Assembly: GCA_964571035.1 (NCBI GenBank)
Contig: CAZNBU010000001.1
Location: forward strand, 5,533-41,574
DNA: 36,042 bases
Direction: 5' to 3'
Origin: an uncultured Planctomycetaceae bacterium
GTDB taxonomy: Bacteria; Planctomycetota; UBA8742; UBA2392
This document shows, in pieces, positions 33,153-36,042 of this stretch. The translations under genes were made by a program, and so were the position numbers. Under the pieces are notes generated by a model that was not told the DNA's origin, did not search any database, and was given only the letters and a program-made list of their open reading frames with translations. Each line of letters starts with the position of its first letter. Within the stretch, counting starts at the first letter, position 1.

Positions 33153-34568
33153 CTACTTGTTCCGCGCGGCTTCCATTGCAGTCTTGCTGAACTCGCTGTC
33201 GTAGGCCACCGGGTACTCGCCCGTGAAGCAAGCCGCGCAGTAGTTGCCGCCGTCGCCCACGGCTTTACGCAGGCCCTCTACACTTAGATACGCAAGGCTG
33301 TCGATACCCAGGTAGTTGCGGATCCCGTCCACCGAGTCCAGCTGGTTTGCGATCAGCTCGTTCGGGTCCGGGAAATCGATACCGTAAAAGCACGGGTGGC
33401 GCGTCGGCGGGCACGAGATGCGCAGGTGGACCTCTCTGGCGCCCGCGTCGTACAGCCGCTTTACGCGGCCCTTGCTGGTGGTGCCGCGGATCACGCTGTC
33501 GTCCACCACGATCACGCGCTTGCCGGCCACCACGTCGCGCACGGCGTTCAGCTTGATCTTTACACCGATGTCGCGCTGCCCCTGGCTTGGGGCGATGAAC
33601 GTGCGGCCCACGTAGTGGTTGCGGATGAAACCCTGCTCAAGCGGCAACCCGGTCTCTTCGGCATAGCCCTGTGCGGCGCTGTTGCCGCTGTCCGGCACCG
33701 GCACGACGATGTCGGCATCGATGTGGCTTTCACGCGCGAGCTGCTTGCCCATTTCCTTGCGGGAAAGGTGCACGTTCAAACCGAACACCCGCGAATCGGG
33801 CCGCGCGAAGTAGACGTGCTCGAAGATGCAATGGGCGTGACGCTGCGGCTCGCTCCAGCGCCGCGAGTGCAGGCCGTCGCCGTCGATGCGCAGCAGCTCG
33901 CCGGGTTCGATGTCGCGCACGTACTCAACGCCCAGCATGTCGAAGGCGCAGGTTTCACTGGCCAGCACCCAGGCGTCGCCCAGCTTGCCCAACGCAAGCG
34001 GGCGGAACCCCTGCGGGTCGCGCGTGGCGTACACCGCGTCGTTGGTCATGAACACAAAGCTGAACGCGCCCTGCATGCGCTTGAGCGCCTCGGCAATCGG
34101 GTTCTCCGCGCACTTGATTTCGGGCCGCGCCAGCAGGTGCAGCACGACTTCGCTGTCGCTGGTCGTCTGGAAGATGCTGCCCTGGTCCTCAAGCTCGCGC
34201 CGAAGCTGCCATCCATTCGACAGGTTGCCGTTGTGGGCCACGCTGATTTGCCCGCCCGAGTAATCCACGGTAATCGGCTGCGCGTTGCGCACGTTGCTTG
34301 ACCCGGCCGTGGAATAGCGCGTGTGGCCGATCGCCTGGCTGCTGCTGAACTTGGAGAAGAAGTCGTCGTCAAAGACCTCGCCGACCAGCCCCATGCCAAG
34401 GTAGCTCTTGATGCGCCCGTCCATCACGCAGGCGATGCCGGCGCTTTCCTGGCCGCGGTGCTGCAAGGCGAACAACCCGTAGTAGGTCAATTCGACGGCG
34501 TCGGGGTGGTTGAAGACGGCGAAGATACCGCACGCTTCCCTGGGTCGGTCTGCCAAAGGCGCCTCCAT
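33153..34568 (-). CDS. purF: Amidophosphoribosyltransferase (glutamine PRPP amidotransferase), Fe-S/propeptide type
   Basis: Start set at ATG 34568, giving an 11-residue propeptide (MEAPLADRPRE) before the Ntn Cys in 'CGIFAVFNH'. 'LQHRGQESAGIA' and the PRPP loop 'VIVVDDSVIRGTTS' are present. The Cys ligands 'CPPTRHPCFYGID' and 'YCAACFTGEYP' match the B. subtilis-type [4Fe-4S] enzyme. Confidence 0.92.
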   Translation of the reverse strand: MEAPLADRPREACGIFAVFNHPDAVELTYYGLFALQHRGQESAGIACVMDGRIKSYLGMGLVGEVFDDDFFSKFSSSQAIGHTRYSTAGSSNVRNAQPITVDYSGGQISVAHNGNLSNGWQLRRELEDQGSIFQTTSDSEVVLHLLARPEIKCAENPIAEALKRMQGAFSFVFMTNDAVYATRDPQGFRPLALGKLGDAWVLASETCAFDMLGVEYVRDIEPGELLRIDGDGLHSRRWSEPQRHAHCIFEHVYFARPDSRVFGLNVHLSRKEMGKQLARESHIDADIVVPVPDSGNSAAQGYAEETGLPLEQGFIRNHYVGRTFIAPSQGQRDIGVKIKLNAVRDVVAGKRVIVVDDSVIRGTTSKGRVKRLYDAGAREVHLRISCPPTRHPCFYGIDFPDPNELIANQLDSVDGIRNYLGIDSLAYLSVEGLRKAVGDGGNYCAACFTGEYPVAYDSEFSKTAMEAARNK

Positions 34569-34574
34569 CAGCAC

Positions 34575-34584
34575 TGTTATAACA
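34575..34584. promoter_or_regulatory. AT-rich 10-bp perfect palindrome TGTTATAACA 6 nt upstream of the purF start codon
   Basis: TGTTATAACA (34575-34584) is self-complementary and occupies the position where the purF ribosome-binding site would be expected. Confidence 0.3.
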
Positions 34585-34696
34585 ACGCCCGCGACATTGC
34601 TAAGTATCCCGGTGGCCTGCCAGTTTTTTGGCAGCGCGCACCGGCGACCCCGTGGCAATACTGCGCGCACCCTTGGGGCCCCTCAAGAGGTCAACC

Positions 34697-35086
34697 ATGC
34701 GACGCGCTCTCGGAGCCGTTCCCGCTTTCGCAGCCGCCTTGCTGTTGGCGATCCTGCCGGCATGCGGGTTTCCGCGCTGGATGTATCCGTCCACTGTTGA
34801 GTACGCCGGGCCGATTGAAAACCCGCACATTGCGGAAAGAGTCGCGCCACGCGACCCGGAGCTGCCGGCCCGTATCGAGCGCCAAGCCGGGGAGTTCTGC
34901 CCACCGGCGCCGGCGGGTGAACTGTGGTTCCTCTTTCTGTTCTACGGCATCTTCTACTTGGGATACGCGATCGGGTGGTGCTTTGTTGAGCTGGTGAACC
35001 TGATCGGCGACGCCTGCAGTAAACACTCGCCGGATGAGGACGCCCACGAACCCGCGCCGGAAGAAGACCCGGACGACGATTCGTAG
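34697..35086 (+). CDS. Small membrane (lipo)protein with an acidic C-terminal tail, 129 aa
   Basis: ATG at 34697 with AGAGG 6 nt upstream. The signal is 'MRRALGAVPAFAAALLLAILPAC', a lipobox-like LPAC with an atypical Pro at -2. A hydrophobic helix 'LWFLFLFYGIFYLGYAIGWCFVELV' follows and the tail is 'EDAHEPAPEEDPDDDS'. Confidence 0.5.
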   Translation: MRRALGAVPAFAAALLLAILPACGFPRWMYPSTVEYAGPIENPHIAERVAPRDPELPARIERQAGEFCPPAPAGELWFLFLFYGIFYLGYAIGWCFVELVNLIGDACSKHSPDEDAHEPAPEEDPDDDS

Positions 35087-35141
35087 CAGCACGCGGCGCG
35101 TACGGATCATCCCCGACAAGGCGGGAAACCCTGCCCTCTGC

Positions 35142-35169
35142 TTGACTTAGCGCGCGTTGCCGCTAGTTT
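35142..35169 (+). promoter_or_regulatory. Putative promoter upstream of nusA (TTGACT-16 nt-TAGTTT)
   Basis: TTGACT at 35142-35147 and TAGTTT at 35164-35169 with a 16-nt spacer, about 85 nt upstream of the nusA ATG. Confidence 0.3.
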
Positions 35170-35252
35170 ATGGGCCACGTTTCAGGGAAGTAGCATACCC
35201 GGAGCGGCCGCTGGGCCAGCTCCTTTCTTTTTGAGGACTTGAGGTCTGGACA

Positions 35253-36042
35253 ATGTCAGGCGTAAACGGCGTAGAGATGCTGCGGTTTGTCGAGATGATT
35301 GCCCGCGAAAAGGGCATCGAAAAGTCTGAAGTTCTGGCTGCCATTGAGCAAGCCATGATCGTCGCGCTGCGCAAGCGCGTCGAAAATCCCGACACGCTCG
35401 TGGTGACGGTAGACCCCAACAACGGCGAGATCATCGCCAAGGAAACTGACCTCGACGGCGTCACCAGCGACGTCCAGCTCGCGGACATGGGCCGCATCGC
35501 AGCCCAGACCTTCAAGCAGATCTTCGTGCAGAAGAACCGCGAAGCTGAGCGCGACAACGTCTACGAAAAGTACATCCACCTCAAGCGCGAGATCCGCAGC
35601 GGCACCATCCAGCGCGCCGAGGGCCCGAACTACGTGGTCAACCTCGGCGACGCCGAAGCCTTCTACCCGCGCAAAGAGCAGGTGCCGACCGAAAGCTACA
35701 ACATCGGCGAGCGCGTCCGCGGCCTGATCCTGGACGTTCGCAAGCAGGGCCAGAAGGTCAAGATCATCCTGTCGCGCACGCACCCCGAGTTCGTGAAGAA
35801 GCTCTTTGAGCTGGAAGTACCCGAAGTCGGCGAGCGCATCATCGAAATCAAGGCGATCGTCCGTGAGCCGGGGTTCCGCAGCAAAGTCGCGGTCGCCAGC
35901 TACGACCCCAAGGTGGACGCCGTCGGCGCATGCGTCGGCGTGCGCGGCTCGCGCATCAAGGGCATCATCGACGAGCTCAACAACGAAAAGATCGACATCA
36001 TCCGCTGGAACGAGTCGGCGGAAATCCTGATCACCAACGCGC
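35253..36042 (+). CDS. nusA: Transcription termination/antitermination factor NusA, 3'-truncated by the window edge
   Basis: This ORF is missing from the ORF track because it runs off the window, so I translated it by hand. The N-terminal domain reads 'MSGVNGVEMLRFVEMIAREKGIEKSEVLAAIEQAMIVALRKR'. An S1-like region follows ('GTIQRAEGPNYVVNLGDAEAFYPRKEQVPTESYNIGERVRGLILDV'). The KH region is 'EPGFRSKVAVASYDPKVDAVGACVGVRGSRIKGIIDELNNEKIDIIRW'. Confidence 0.92.
   Translation, partial: MSGVNGVEMLRFVEMIAREKGIEKSEVLAAIEQAMIVALRKRVENPDTLVVTVDPNNGEIIAKETDLDGVTSDVQLADMGRIAAQTFKQIFVQKNREAERDNVYEKYIHLKREIRSGTIQRAEGPNYVVNLGDAEAFYPRKEQVPTESYNIGERVRGLILDVRKQGQKVKIILSRTHPEFVKKLFELEVPEVGERIIEIKAIVREPGFRSKVAVASYDPKVDAVGACVGVRGSRIKGIIDELNNEKIDIIRWNESAEILITNA

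Noticed and set aside
31942-34301. Plus-strand ORFs 31942-33045 (367 aa) and 33396-34301 (301 aa), antisense to the secreted beta-sandwich gene and purF
   Set aside because: These are shadow frames. purF is unambiguous, and the frame at 31405-33108 has a signal peptide and a repeated domain pattern.
1-36042. Window-wide look for tRNA T-loop signatures (GGTTCGAATCC-like), CRISPR-style spaced repeats, transposase/integrase/recombinase ORFs, and toxin-antitoxin or reverse-transcriptase genes
   Set aside because: I found none by eye. This was not an exhaustive computational scan, so short or degenerate elements could have been missed.

Overview
High-GC (about 65% by eye) bacterial chromosomal window, densely packed with about 32 protein genes. 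I found no rRNA, tRNA, CRISPR array, transposase or integrase. The content is housekeeping plus cell-envelope genes of a diderm, with seven predicted lipoproteins. Plus strand: hisS (5' partial), rimO, bshA-like GT4, a small Tyr-rich ORF, glmS, a lipoprotein, a MarR regulator, a DUF218/SanA-like gene, a small membrane lipoprotein and nusA (3' partial). The centre is a 20.5-kb run of 16 co-directional minus-strand genes: corC/hlyC-like, recO, TPR-like lipoprotein, lptE-like, ftsH, DUF1801, folP, cdaA, cdaR, a 1083-aa secreted protein, cmk, PEGA lipoprotein, fused M16 peptidase, a 297-aa secreted protein, OmpA-like lipoprotein and S9 peptidase. Four junctions in this run are ATGA stop/start overlaps. 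Further right on the minus strand are a TolB-like lipoprotein, a 567-aa secreted beta-sandwich protein and purF. The best novelty candidates are these. (1) An uncharacterised 1083-aa exported protein is translationally coupled into an ftsH-folP-cdaA-cdaR (c-di-AMP synthase) operon, in the slot where glmM is normally found. (2) HisRS carries a roughly 100-aa C-terminal extension whose motif spacing resembles a degenerate GIY-YIG module. (3) A 486-bp lower-GC intergenic region upstream of bshA has a near-consensus promoter and a roughly 260-nt hairpin-rich leader. (4) A Tyr-rich small ORF and a perfect 15-bp palindrome lie just upstream of glmS. All functional calls rest on motif recognition from the translated ORFs; no database search was possible. 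Many long ORFs antisense to real genes are high-GC shadow frames and were rejected.
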